DNA from: Monocercomonoides exilis PA203
Taxonomy: Eukaryota > Protista > Preaxostyla
Assembly: GCA_001643675.2 (NCBI GenBank)
Contig: LSRY02000018.1
Coordinates: forward strand, 806,001 to 870,000
Direction: 5' to 3'
DNA length: 64,000 bases
Shown here: one piece after another, positions 12,083-24,256 of the stretch
How the letters are laid out: every line of letters starts with the position of its first letter
Numbering within the stretch: the stretch's first letter is position 1
Notes under the pieces: generated by a model
What the model saw: the letters and a program-made list of their open reading frames with translations, nothing else
Databases searched by the model: none
Told to the model about the DNA's origin: nothing
Translations under genes and position numbers: made by a program

Positions 12083-15000
12083 ATGGATATGGGTATTTTT
12101 GATCGAATTTTATTTTCTGGGTTATTTCTATTGGTTCGATGACTTTTCGATATATTATTAATGAAGTGTATGTCATTCTTTTGTGGCATTAATATTTTTC
12201 ACACAAAATTAATTTTCAAACAGCCAAACGCTTCCAGTTTTTGGATCTGAATGGAAAAGAAAAGTCATCTCTGTAACGACAAATGACCGTCAAATACCCG
12301 ATTCACAAACGTTAATTGATATTGCAGATGCAACTTTTGATCATCGATGCTATTCCGAGATAATGTCAAAGATTTGGATGAGGATAATCCAAAAACCAAA
12401 AGACTGGAAGATATCATTTAAAGTTTGTTTTTTGCTAGAATTTTCTTCTGGTTCAAAAAGATTGGATCTTATTTAAGTGCTTAGGATTGCTTGATTATCT
12501 TATTAGAAATGGGAATCCCCAGTGCTTGAATGATATTCGACACAACAGAGAAAAGATCAGTCAACTTGAACATTTGGAATATACGAATAGTCACAATATT
12601 GAATGTGGAAGTAATGGTTTGAAAAATCTTCATATTTCACTTTTCAATTTTGTATTTTTCACATTCAATTTTCTTAAAGTTCGACAAAGAGCAACTGCTT
12701 TGCTTCAATTCATTGAAGATGACGAAGAAATAAAAGAAAGCAGAGAAGAAGCGTTGAAGTATCGGCATCGTTTTGTAGGGACAGGCTCTGGATCTGATGA
12801 TGAGGGTACATGGAACTCTCAACCTCCGGCCTATGCGATTGAAGGAAATGACGAGTATGTTTTTGAGCCACCGCTTGAAAATGGAGCCAGCAAAAATAAA
12901 AATGAAGGAGAAGGAGAACAGGAAGGAGAAGAGGAAGAAGAATGGGAAGAAGGAGAAGAAGAGGAGGAAGAGGAGGGAGAAGGAGGAGAAGGAGGAGAAT
13001 CTTCAGTTCAGAATGCTAATCGTTCATCAAGCGATCTTTTTGGAGTGCCCCATCCTTCTCCGATGCGTCCAATGCCCGCTGGCTCGCCGCTTCCTTCTCC
13101 TTCTCCTTCTCCCTCATCATCTCCTCATCCTTCACACGAAAGCAACAACAACAACACACAATTGCAGTATTCATATCAACAGAAGGCCAACCAGCAATAT
13201 TCAAACAAGCAGCCATTTCAACAGCAGTTTCAAACAGAAATACAAACGCAAACGCAAACACAAACACAACAACAGACTCAAAATGTGAGTGATCTTTCGG
13301 CTGCTTTCTTTTCTGACAGAAGCTTCGCTTCAAATTCATTTCCGGCTCAGCAGAAGACGAATTTCGGGTTTGATTTTCAAAATAGTTCTTCATCATCATC
13401 ATCATCATCTTCTTCTTCTTCTTCTTCTTCAAATAACTCTCAAACAAGCACTGAAAATAGCATCATTCATCATTCAACTGCTTCTTCTGCTTTCTTCTTT
13501 GGCTCTTCTCCTCCAACACCCACACAAAATTCTTCTTCAACGTTTTATTCCTCTTCTCCTTCTTCCTCATCATCATCTTCTCCATCTTTTAATCCGTCTT
13601 CATCATTTTCTTCTTCTTCTTCTTCTTCATTTAATTCTTCTGCTTTTTCAAACACATCCACACCAAACACAATGTCCCCTTATTCTTCGAATTCTTCTTT
13701 GCCTCCAGTTTCTTTAGAGGCGTCATTCTTTGGCTCTTCCTCTCCTTCTTCCTCTTCTTCTTCTTCATTTCCTCCTTCTTCTGCTACTTCTTCTTCCTCC
13801 TCATCATCTGTTGGACAACCATCAAACACACCTGCTCAAAATGATTTCTTTTCAACTGATTTTACTTCGTTTTCTGCACATTCTCCTTCTTCTTCTATCT
13901 CTTCTGCTTCTTCTGCTTCTTCTTCATTTAACTTTTCACCTTCTCCTTCTCCTTCATCATCATCATCATCTTCTTCTTCTTCTTCTTCTTCCACACAGCC
14001 AGACAATCTTCTTCCTCCCTCTGAAAATGACCCAAGCTATCAGTTTTTCTCTCACCAGCAGCAGAGAAAGGAGATGATGATGCAGCAAAGAAATGCTCAA
14101 CAAATGCAATCTTCTTCTTCTTCTTCTTCTTCACCTTTTTCTTCTTCTTCTTCTTCTTCACCTTTTTCTTCATCTTTTTCATCTTCTCCTTCTTCTTCTC
14201 CTCCTTCTTCGAATTTTTCTCCTTCTTCCTCATCCTCTTCCTCCTCCTCCTCCTCTTCTTCTTCTCCTTATTTTTCTTCTGTTCATTCCATTCATCATTC
14301 ACCCACTCGTTCCACTCCTCCTTCTTTGCCTTCCTCCTCCTCCTCCTCCTCTTCTTCTTCTTCTCTCTCATCATCTTTTTGGCCTTCATTTCAATCAGAC
14401 AAATCTCTTTCTCCTTCTCCGCTTGCTTCTTCTTCTTCCTCCTCTCCTTCCTCTTCTTCCTCTTCTTCTCTTTCCTCCTCCTCTTCTTCTTCCGTTCCTC
14501 ATTTGACTCAGTCTTTCTCTTCTCCTCTTGTCATTTCATCAACCAATCAGTTTCGGCAAGACACGCCTCAACAGCCTTATTCATCGTCTTCTTCTTCTTC
14601 TTCTTTCCCTTTCCAATCATCAACTTCATCACCTTCCTCTTCACTTTCTCCTTCTCCTTTCTCCTCTTCTCCCTCTTCTCCCTCTTCTTCCAATTCTTCC
14701 TCTTCTTCTTCCCTTCCATTCCAACAATCATCTCAAACATCCTTTTCATCTCATCCTCGTTCCTTCACTTTTGACTGGAGTGCTCCTTCTTCTTCTTCAT
14801 CATCCTCTTCTTCTTCTTCTTCTCGTTCTCCATTGGCTTCTCAGCAATATCAGTTTAATCAATCTAATCAGTCAATTCAATCATTCCAACCATATCAATC
14901 TAATCAGACTTATCAATCTAATCAAACATACCAATCTTCTCAAACTTCTCCATCAGCACAGACATCGCAAACATCGCAAACATCGCAATTGTCTCAGTCA

Positions 15001-15360
15001 TCCTATTCATCTGATCCACTGCAGCAGGCTTTTTCGCCTGCTTCTTCTTCTTCTTCCTTTTCGCCTTCTTCTTCTTCTTCTTCTTCTTCTTCTGCTTCTT
15101 CTTCATTTAATATTTCTTCTCAAACCCCTCACAACACTTACAGCTGGAATGGAATGCAACCTCAATCACAAATGACAACAGATCCATTTTCACCCCAAAC
15201 GAATTCACAAACGCAATTTCAGTCAAATTTTTATTCTAATTCAAATTCAAGTTCTTTTTCAAATTCCAATGCAAATTCTTATTCTTACTCGAATTCTAAT
15301 TCTCCTTTTGGCCAACAGCAAACACCCACACAACCACAGCAATCGCACTATGTGTGGTGA
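12083..15360 (+). CDS. ENTH-domain (epsin-like) protein with a very long Ser/Pro/Gln-rich disordered tail
   Basis: Exons at about 12083-12120, 12224-12422, 12478-12616 and 12680-15360 give KVISVTTND...LIDIADATFD...EIMSKIWMRI...DWKISFKCLGLLDYLIRNG...GSNVRQRATALLQFIEDDEEIKESREEA, the ENTH pattern. The start codon is tentative. Confidence 0.85.
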
Positions 15361-15375
15361 AAATGAGTGGAATGA

Positions 15376-15378
<3 letters not shown>

Positions 15379-15458
<80 letters not shown>
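15379..15458. repeat. (GA)n microsatellite just downstream of the ENTH gene stop
   Basis: About 40 GA units directly visible. Confidence 0.97.
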
Positions 15459-15465
<7 letters not shown>

Positions 15466-15665
15466 GTGTAAGTTATGCTGCAATTATCCAATTGTAATTA
15501 TCAAAACGAAAAAAGAAAGAAAGAAAAGAAATGAAAAGAAATGAAAAAGATGAGTTGTTTATTTTTGGCTTTTTGACTTTATTACTTATGTTTAAAAATA
15601 TTTTTTTCTTTTGATTTTCATTCGTGGCTTTTTTGTGTGATATATAATATCCAAAATGTTTTGTT

Positions 15666-15702
<37 letters not shown>

Positions 15703-16366
15703 GCGTTTATTTATTTGTAGATTTCTTTTTCGTTTCATTCTTTTTTTTTTTCAAAGCATTTCTGTTTGTTTGTATTACAAGAAAATCAAATGAAATTATG
15801 TGATATTTTATAAGAAAAGAAAAGGGGGAAAAAATAATAAAATAAAAATAACCCTCTTCATACATAACAAAGGATATGCACTAATAAAAGAGCGAAAAGA
15901 GCAAAAAAGAGCGATTCTGAAATGTCTCTTCCACATTATGCTGAAAGCCGAATGGAAAAGACACAACAGAGTTTGTATGAGTGAGTGTGGGGGATGAAAA
16001 GTAAAAAAAAGAAGAGAAATAAAAGAAGAATAGAAGAAATAAAGTAAGCATGATAAAAACTTCAAAAAAAAAAAAGACATTTGTGATTCAGAAATTTTCT
16101 GTCATCATCAAAAAAACATGTTATAATTATTATTATTGAGAAAGAAAAAGGTGAAAAACACATTAGTGCATAAATAGGGGGAACGAATTCAAATGGATAA
16201 AAATCCATTGCATTTGAAACTGATATGTAACATTCATTACAAACATTAACTTGAACACAGGTTAACGATTTAAATATTCATAATTATAAAACTGAAAAAA
16301 AAATATAAAAATATTATGAAGATGTGCAAGAGTCATTCAGATTAAACAATATTCAAAAGTTATTGC

Positions 16367-17203
16367 TTAACTGCTTTTTGGCTCTGACTGTATGTTCATG
16401 GGCTGAGAAATAGGTGAATTTAATCGAATCACAGGAATCGTAACATCATCTGATTCACAATCAGCCAAACGTTTCATTTTATCCTTGAACCAGAACGTTT
16501 CACCAAATTTTTTGTTAACAAGCAAAAAGATTCCGTACATGGCAGGGAGTCCAAGGTTTGTTTCAACTAATGAATCAATGATAAGTGTGAAAAAGCTATT
16601 TTTGTTCATTGGGCGAATTCCTGTGATCAGAAGAGAAAATTCCCATCCGAATTGAACAGTAATTCCAATGGCATTCAACCACAAAAGATTGATACGCTTT
16701 TTAGGATTGGTGCGGAACAAATTAATTATTATCACAATTGAATATGACACAGCAAGGAAAATTGCCATAAATCCATGGTAACTACCTGTTCCACGGGAAA
16801 TAGAAACTTGACCAAAAGGTGCACCATAGTTGTCTGCAACAAGAGGAGTTGTAATCCATTCGCAGACGATAAGAATCGTAAATTCAATCGCTCTTTTATC
16901 TTTTCGAAGCCAAAGCCAAATATAGGCAAAATTTGTGATTCCATAACTCATCGAAAGCCAAAGCAAAAATAATGCAGTATTTGCTCCAACCACTTTTCTC
17001 TCATTTAAAGCAAGATGGAAAATTCCAAAATCAACAAGCCAATAAAGAACGCCTCCACAAAGAGACCAAATGAAAGTTGCGTGCCTTCCTGTGATGAAAA
17101 GTAAAACAAGCAAAAGGATAAGCCAAACGCAATCCAACGGGATATAAAGGTAGTTTAAGTTCCTGGATGGAACAATCTCGATATCTCTTGCTTCAAGAAT
17201 CAT
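16367..17203 (-). CDS. Intronless 278-aa multi-pass membrane protein, bacterial-like
   Basis: Single ORF with about 7 hydrophobic segments. The motifs LLWLSMSYGITNFAYIWLW, YHGFMAIFL, GITVQFGWE and LVETNLGLP recall an uncharacterised family from gut bacteria (from memory, unverified). Confidence 0.8.
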   Translation of the reverse strand: MILEARDIEIVPSRNLNYLYIPLDCVWLILLLVLLFITGRHATFIWSLCGGVLYWLVDFGIFHLALNERKVVGANTALFLLWLSMSYGITNFAYIWLWLRKDKRAIEFTILIVCEWITTPLVADNYGAPFGQVSISRGTGSYHGFMAIFLAVSYSIVIIINLFRTNPKKRINLLWLNAIGITVQFGWEFSLLITGIRPMNKNSFFTLIIDSLVETNLGLPAMYGIFLLVNKKFGETFWFKDKMKRLADCESDDVTIPVIRLNSPISQPMNIQSEPKSS

Positions 17204-17387
17204 TGTTGCTATTGATGGTTAAAGTGATCAATTTATTTTTCATTCACAATAATAGATAAACGAAAAAAATACGAATTCAGATAACCTTTTCAAAAAAAAT
17301 GACAATTATGTGATTTTTTGTGAAACTCCTGCCCATTTTAAATTTTGGAAATAAACAAAAAATTAAAGAAATATTAAAGTTTTCTTA

Positions 17388-20300
17388 ATGAATTTGAATG
17401 ACAATAATAAACAATTTGAAAACAATCCATCATTGATTTTGCAACAGGTGTCAGGAACATTTTTAGCTTTCAGAAAGAATAAGGACGACATTTTATAATT
17501 TGAAATTTGTTTAATTTTAAAGTCGATGGACAGATGCGAACAAGCAACGATAAGTTACAGCGAAAAGAAGATTTCAACAGAAGAATTTAATAACATTCTT
17601 GGTTCCATACAAATGGACATGATTGATTTGAGTGAAAATCTTTCAAATCAAATTGATGAAATGCAACAAAAACTTAAAACAGTAAACCAGCTTCTAGAGA
17701 AAGCACAAGATACTGTTAAAATGGCATCTACTGATGTTGATGTGCAGGAACTTCCAAGAAAGCTTCATGAAATGAAAAAGAAAATTGAAGTTAACATATT
17801 TCAACTTGTTTGAAACAATTTAAATTAAACAATTTTCATCAAATTTTTATTTTCCAAAAGAGTGAATGGAATGATATTGCAAACAAAATACAGACTTCTG
17901 TCAAACAGCAGCTCTCGATTGCTTCAAAGACAAAGGTTTAACATTATGTTCATTTAAATCTTTCTTAATTAATTTCTTTTTGAAAATCAGAAAGAAGCAG
18001 AAGATAACATGAAAGAACTAAGCATGGATGATATATCAATTTTTAGTGAAACAAATGAAAGCCCTGACGAGGCGTACAAAAGTCATCTTGAAAATGTATC
18101 GAAAATCTTCTATTATATTTTCAACAATTACAACTTTTGACAATAAAAATTTTAAATAAAATTCGGCTTTTTATTTTCATGAAACGATTTGTTGATTTCT
18201 TGTCATCTTTGTTTTTATCTATTATCAGATTTTAGGTCAATTCGATAATCTCAACTATTTGTTTCAGAAGAAAGATATAACGCTGAAACAATTTGCGGAA
18301 GAATTGCGAAAATTGAAAGAAGAAACTGATCAATTTGTGGAACTTCTGACTTCTCAAATATCGAAAATTGACAATTCACTGGAAGAAATTAAGTTAGAGA
18401 AGGATGAAGTCGTGCGAGAGGCACAGGCTGGTAGCTTATTGGAAAAGAAAGAGGATTTAAATTCAAGCGCTCAAAGCGATGATTTAATGATTTCTTCTAT
18501 GGACGGCAAGCAAGATGAACGTGGTTTTCCTTCAGAATTTGCAGAACTTATTTGTAAAATCGAAAATTTGGAGCAACTTACAATCAAAGAAAAGTCTCAA
18601 TTGGTTTGTGTAACAGCATAATATTAAGCAATTATATCTTTATTTTGTATTCATCATTATAAATACGATGTTTTTTTGAATTAGATCAAATGGAGAAAAA
18701 TCGCAGCTGAGTTGAATAAATGCATTGCAGATGCTGCAAAATCTGCGGATCAAACATTAAAGGTATGAATAAAAGCAATTGCACTCATTTTCTAATATTT
18801 GAAACGAATTATACATTCATTCATTCATTTTTATTCTGTCTTATCTTTCTCTCTTTATTTCTCATTTTTCTTATAATGGATTCTGATAAATTAATTGTTA
18901 ATAAAATTAGAATGTCGAGCAATCACCAGAACTTGACAGCGATGCATCAGCATTTTCTGCTTTGGATTCGACAGGCTTTGAGAATCAAGCAAATGAAGAA
19001 CCGCACAACTTTTCATCTTCAAACGAGAAAACAAGTAAATCTGAAAATGAAATGAACAAAAAAGAAGATGAAAATACAGCAATTGATGGAACTTTAAAAG
19101 ATGAAAGTGAAAAAAGTGAGAAAACAGGAAAACATTGTTCTCTTCACAAAACTAAATCTGCAAATGAAGAAGAAGGAAAATCAGATGAATTAAGCTCATT
19201 GTCTGAACCTCGTTCAACAAAGAAACGCTTCTCTAAAGCAGACGAAAAAGACAGATTCTACGAGAGCGATTCTGAATATTCAGAAACAGACAGCGAAAGA
19301 GGGAAGCAACGTCTTCATCGTCATCGCAGTCATCGTCGTCATCATCATAATCATCATCATCTGAGCAGGCGGAGGCAGCATTCATCTGAAGAGCCGGCTA
19401 CGCGGCACAGGCAAGCCAACCCGCGCTTTGCATCGCAAGATGTTGTTGAGCGCTATTGTGGAGAGGTGGATAGGATTCGGAATGCGGTGATGCTGGATGC
19501 GATAGAGGCAGAAAGGGAGAAGAACTGGGAGAAGGAGAAGCAGATGATGCTGGTGATGATGAAGGTGATTGAGCTTGAGCAGCAGAAGCGGGAAGTTCTG
19601 AATAAAGAAAGAGAAGAATTGGAAACGATGAAGAGGATTGAGAGAGAGAAAAGAAGAGAAGAAGAGAAAAAGCAGAGAAAATTGGAAAAGGAGAGAAAAA
19701 AGAAAGAGAAGGAGAGGAAGAGAAAGGAAGAAGAAGAAGAGAGGAAGAAGAAACAGATGGAAGAAGAAATGAAAAGAAAGAAAGAAGAAGAGCTTCGAAT
19801 CCAAAAAGAGGAAGAAATAAGGAAACTACAGAACCTCCAAAAGATAGAAAAGAACGAAAAAATACATTTTTCTCCTCTTTTCGAAGCAGAACCTGAGCGA
19901 AAAAGCTATTTTTCTTTCTCTCCTTTGCAACGCATCAAATACACAGATCAACGCCTTTTATCTCCGACTTCACGTTCACAGCAATGTTCTCCCTCGGCAA
20001 TGTCCTTTGATGACCTCCAGGCATCCTTCGACAGGCAAATGTGGCAAAGCCCGAAAGAACAACGACAAGAAGGAGAAGAACAGCAGCAGCAACAACGCCA
20101 GCCTCATTCCGCTCCTGCGACTCCTGTTTCTTTTCATCATGAACCGTTTTCTCAAACCTCCACCGACTTTCAGAACAGAAGCAAGCCTTTGCGCTTCCCA
20201 ATAGTTTTGCCTGAAAAGATGCAGAACACACAGCCACTGCTTCATTCTCCCACTCAGCTCAAATCCAATCCTGATAGTGTTCCTCCCTCTGCTTCAATTG

Positions 20301-20911
20301 CTTCCTCTTCTCCTCGTTCAACTGCTGCTGCGTCTTCTTCATCATTCATCCACTCGTCATTGACTGCCTATGAAGCAAGTCAAAAGCTCACTTCTTCTTC
20401 ATTTAAATCTTCATCTCGAATTCCTTCATTTCTCAATCATCATCCCACACATCATGCTGCCTATTTCCCTTCTCTCAAAACGTATTCACCCAAATCATCA
20501 ACCTTTGCATCTCTTTCATCGTCACTCTCCAGTTTCACTTCAAAATCATCATCTTTTTCTTCTTCAACGCAAAAACTTGACTTTCCTTTTTCTGATACTT
20601 CAACATTACCTTTCAATTCTACTTCTTCCTCGTCTTCTTCTTCTTCTTCTCTTATTACGCAGACACCTCAATTACGCAAATTATTCTCAATTCTCGAATC
20701 CCCTCGAATACAGCATCTTTCTTCATCGTTTAAGGTACCTGCTTCCTCTTCTTCTTTCAAGTCAACTTCTTTCCAAGATTCTTTAACTTCTCCCTCCACA
20801 CAATTTTCATCTTCAAATTCATCTCCTTTCGATGTGCCTTTATTTCGTTTATCTTCATCAATTTTATCGAATCCGCTGGAACAAGCCTCGAAATCGCGAA
20901 GCACAAGATGA
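17388..20911 (+). CDS. Hypothetical multi-exon protein: coiled-coil N-terminus, charged E/K/R helix, Ser-rich tail
   Basis: Coding segments 17526-17790, 18230-18603 and 18912-20911 are separated by AT-rich GT-AG intervals. The start codon is tentative. Confidence 0.6.
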
Positions 20912-21479
20912 CACATTTTTTTCTTTTTATAAATTGATATTTAAGAGCACATTTGCTGCACAAAATTTGAATGAAGAAACTTTAATCGAAAAGTACTTTT
21001 TGAGAATAAGCATTGATACAATTCGATTTTTTTTTTTGATTTTGAGAAAATTTTATATTTCTCTTTTTATTTTTGTATTGAAAATGTTTATTTTTATTAT
21101 CATTGCAGTTTTATTTTATTTTCATAATTCAATAAATAATCCAAGTGATTGGTATTCCTCCAAAAAACTTTGAGCAAATTGACTTGATATCGGACACGAT
21201 AAAATGACTATTACTAAAGTTATCTCGATCAATTATGAAGCTTTATTATCTTTTTTGTATATGAAATAGCACGAAAATAATGCAAAAATATTTCTTTATT
21301 TCTCAGTCAAAAAATGTGGTAAAAAATGAACTTATTTTTTTCGAACTGTAAGAAAAAGAAAATTGAAATAAATATTTGAACAATATTTGTCCATTCTGAT
21401 GTATTTTTTCACATTTGAAACGCTGAGGCTGTTGCTCTCACCGTTGAATTCAGAATACATAGATTTTGGATCCTAAAAA

Positions 21480-22420
21480 TTGTACTTATCTGGAATGGAG
21501 TCATCTTCGTTTTCTAATTTCTCTTCTTCGTAGATTTCTTCTTTTTATCCAATAAACAATCAAACCCATCACTTTTTCTAACGGGATTCCGAGTGTGTTT
21601 TGGCAATTAAAAAAACAAAATAAGCTCTTTGACATATTTCTCTAACTCCTTATTTGGTGAAAAACCTTTTCAATTGAGAATGCATTCCTTCAATGGTATT
21701 TGAACAAGCACCAGTGAGTGAATCCACATGAACCATATTGTGCTGCACTGTTTTTCGAATGACGCCAATTGTTTTTTAATAGAAATAAATCTTCCACTCG
21801 TCACTTATTATTGTTGTTCACGGAAGAATGTGAGATGTGATGAGATGAATGAAAGTATTCGCAGAACCATCTGGTCCAATAAAAATGCGGAGTTTTTTTT
21901 TTGTAAAAATTGTCAGTTTTTTCTGAGGAATCAAAGATCTGTATTTTCTTTTTTCCACTCAATATTTAATGTTTTCTCTATCTCCACACACATTTGTCAA
22001 TCTCCACTATAATTCCTTCCTCGCACAACACAAATGCATATATATTTATAAGATTCACACTGGAACATTTAAATGCACCACTCCAATAACCTTCAACCGC
22101 ATTATACTCTCCAATCAAAATTTGAACATGCTTGTTTGAAACACCGATCCATAACAGAAATGTTATTAAAATATTTTTTCCTATTCTGATCATCGATTAT
22201 GTTAATGTTATATCTTTGAGCACTGATCTTTTTGTTCCACACTTCCTGCAAGTTAAATAGTGATAATTTTCTGTATCATTTTCCAGTTTCTTCTTTTTTT
22301 TTGAATGCTGCACTGTGGATGTTTTTCTCTCAGAACTCTGTTCAAAAAGCCATTTTCAAGCTCGATCTGCGTTCATAAATGCGGTTTACTTGTCAAAGAT
22401 TGATATTTTTTCATCTAAGG
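21480..22420 (-). pseudogene. Decayed Merlin/IS1595 (ISXO2-like) DDE transposase
   Basis: Minus-strand fragments occur in the expected order: CRKCGTKRSVLKD (about 22215-22250), GEYNAVEGYWSG (about 22080-22115), DGSANTFIHLITSHILP*TTIISDEWKIY (about 21785-21870) and KTVQHNMVHVDSLTGACSNTIEGMHSQLKR (about 21665-21755). These match Merlin/ISXO2 motifs (ILPGTTIISDxWxAY; VDPxTGAHTNTIEG). Stops and frameshifts are present, and no termini were found. Confidence 0.8.
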
Positions 22421-22857
22421 AGCTGCGATTTCAAGAAAACGATTTTTGACAAAGCCAATTATTTAAATTATTGGGTGATTATTTTTGAAAGTTATTATTT
22501 CTTTTTAAAAGTTCGGTTCGATAATAATACTTGAACATTAAAAAAAGATCACTGAAAAATGAAAAGACTTACAAATGGCATCATCATCTTCATTTGAGCA
22601 AAAACATATGACTGCCAAACATCTGTGATGAATTCAGCGTTCGAATACAAAATATCTGTGAAAGGCAAACAATCTTTGAGAAATCAATGCACAGAAAAAA
22701 GTTATAATTTCAAAAATAATCATGCAATTGAACCATTTCGTGATATTTTCCCAGTCGAATAACACTTGATTCTGAGTTTTGAAATTTTCAAATAATATTA
22801 TAAAAAAAATAAATTACATCGACGTGATATTAAAATTTTGTCATGGAGAAGAAAAAA

Positions 22858-23112
22858 TGGACTTTCAAGCTTTTAGCGCACAATGCATGAAAAAACTATT
22901 TCACTTATAACATTTTTAAACTTAATCAAATTTCAAAAAAAACTGATTTTCATATCTGAAACAAACATCATTGATTCAATAACATGTTTTATGACCTCAC
23001 ACGTTTGCTTAAAAAAAAAATGAACCCATTTCATTCATATTTTTTGATCACAAAAGGTTAATCAAAAGTTCCTAATTTTTCAAACAAAATGCCTGAAGTC
23101 AATGATTTTGTC
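22858..23112 (+). repeat. Diverged copy of the outer 260 bp or so of the large TIR at 46503/51659
   Basis: Colinear blocks shared with 46509-46767: GGACTTTCAAGCTTTT, GCACAAnGCATGAAAA, TTTCACT, TGATTTTCATATC, CATCrTTGA, AACATG, AAAAATGrACCCATTT, TTTTTCAAA, CCTGAAGT. Confidence 0.8.
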
Positions 23113-23912
23113 CCATGTCAGAAATTCTTTCATTGTGCAGTATTTAATGTTTCAATTCAAATTTCATCCAAAGTTTTATCAATTATGTAATTTTTACCAA
23201 TTTGTTCGTATTCTCAAATAGTTTTTTAATTTTTTTCATCCTTGTTTTTTAATTTGTATTTACGAATTTTTGACACTTTCAAATATAAATAAAGCTAAAA
23301 CAATACTAAAAAAACAAATTGTTCATTATTCTATTAGATAATGCACATCAGGTTGTTCTTTTTTATAATAATATATTCCAAGTCCGAAAATCATTCATCC
23401 TCAGATTCGATTTTTAGCCATTTGAAAAAATAGAAAATGAAGAAATCATTCACATCCAAAGATCTTTTCATTTTCATGAATTCTTTTTGATTGATCAATA
23501 TTCCAAAGGAAACAATCATTTTGATGATGATGAGCCGAACAATTTCTTTCAGAAAAGAGCACTGACTTTCATGTAAACAAGCAATCATGCTCATTCACAA
23601 TTTGAATATTTCATAAAAACAAAAATGAACACTCAAAATGATATTATAGTGAATGTGAAAAATATCAACTCAAATGACTCCCTCTGTAAATTACATATTA
23701 TCATCCTAAAATACACATCAAACGAAAAAAAGTTGCCAATGGTGTTGTTTTTTAATTTGATGAATACAGATTAAAAGAAATAAATAAATAAGAACAATTT
23801 AACAAAGAAAATGACTTTCAAATCAAATGACTCTTAACAAATCTCTCTCACACAAAAATCGGAACGAAAATACAAATAAGTGTAATTGTGAATGAAAAAC
23901 ATTACGTTTTCG

Positions 23913-23973
<61 letters not shown>

Positions 23974-24256
23974 TCTGTTTGAAAAAAGGTGATAAAGAAA
24001 AGAAAAGCTCTTCTTTGAATTCCACAGTGTTAGGCTGACTCAATCCAAGTTGTCAGCCAACACCCATTTTCAATCACCAAACAACTCTGATTCTTCCATG
24101 TTTTGAGTATTCCTACCAATATCCAAAATATCGAAAGCAACTTAATCTTTAAATATTTTCTTCGAAATACAAATGCACATGGATAATCGAATCTTTGTTT
24201 CACTTGTGTCCCTTCTTATTTGCAACAATCTCCAAGATATTTTCCTCTCGGTTTCT

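Noticed and set aside
12797-15544. Many poly-Leu, poly-Phe and poly-Lys ORFs
   Set aside because: They are alternative frames of TCT/TCA repeats within the ENTH gene.
23913-23970. Long homopolymer runs (also 46173-46230 and 59721-59774) as retroposon tails
   Set aside because: No associated TSDs, reverse-transcriptase remnants or shared upstream body were found.
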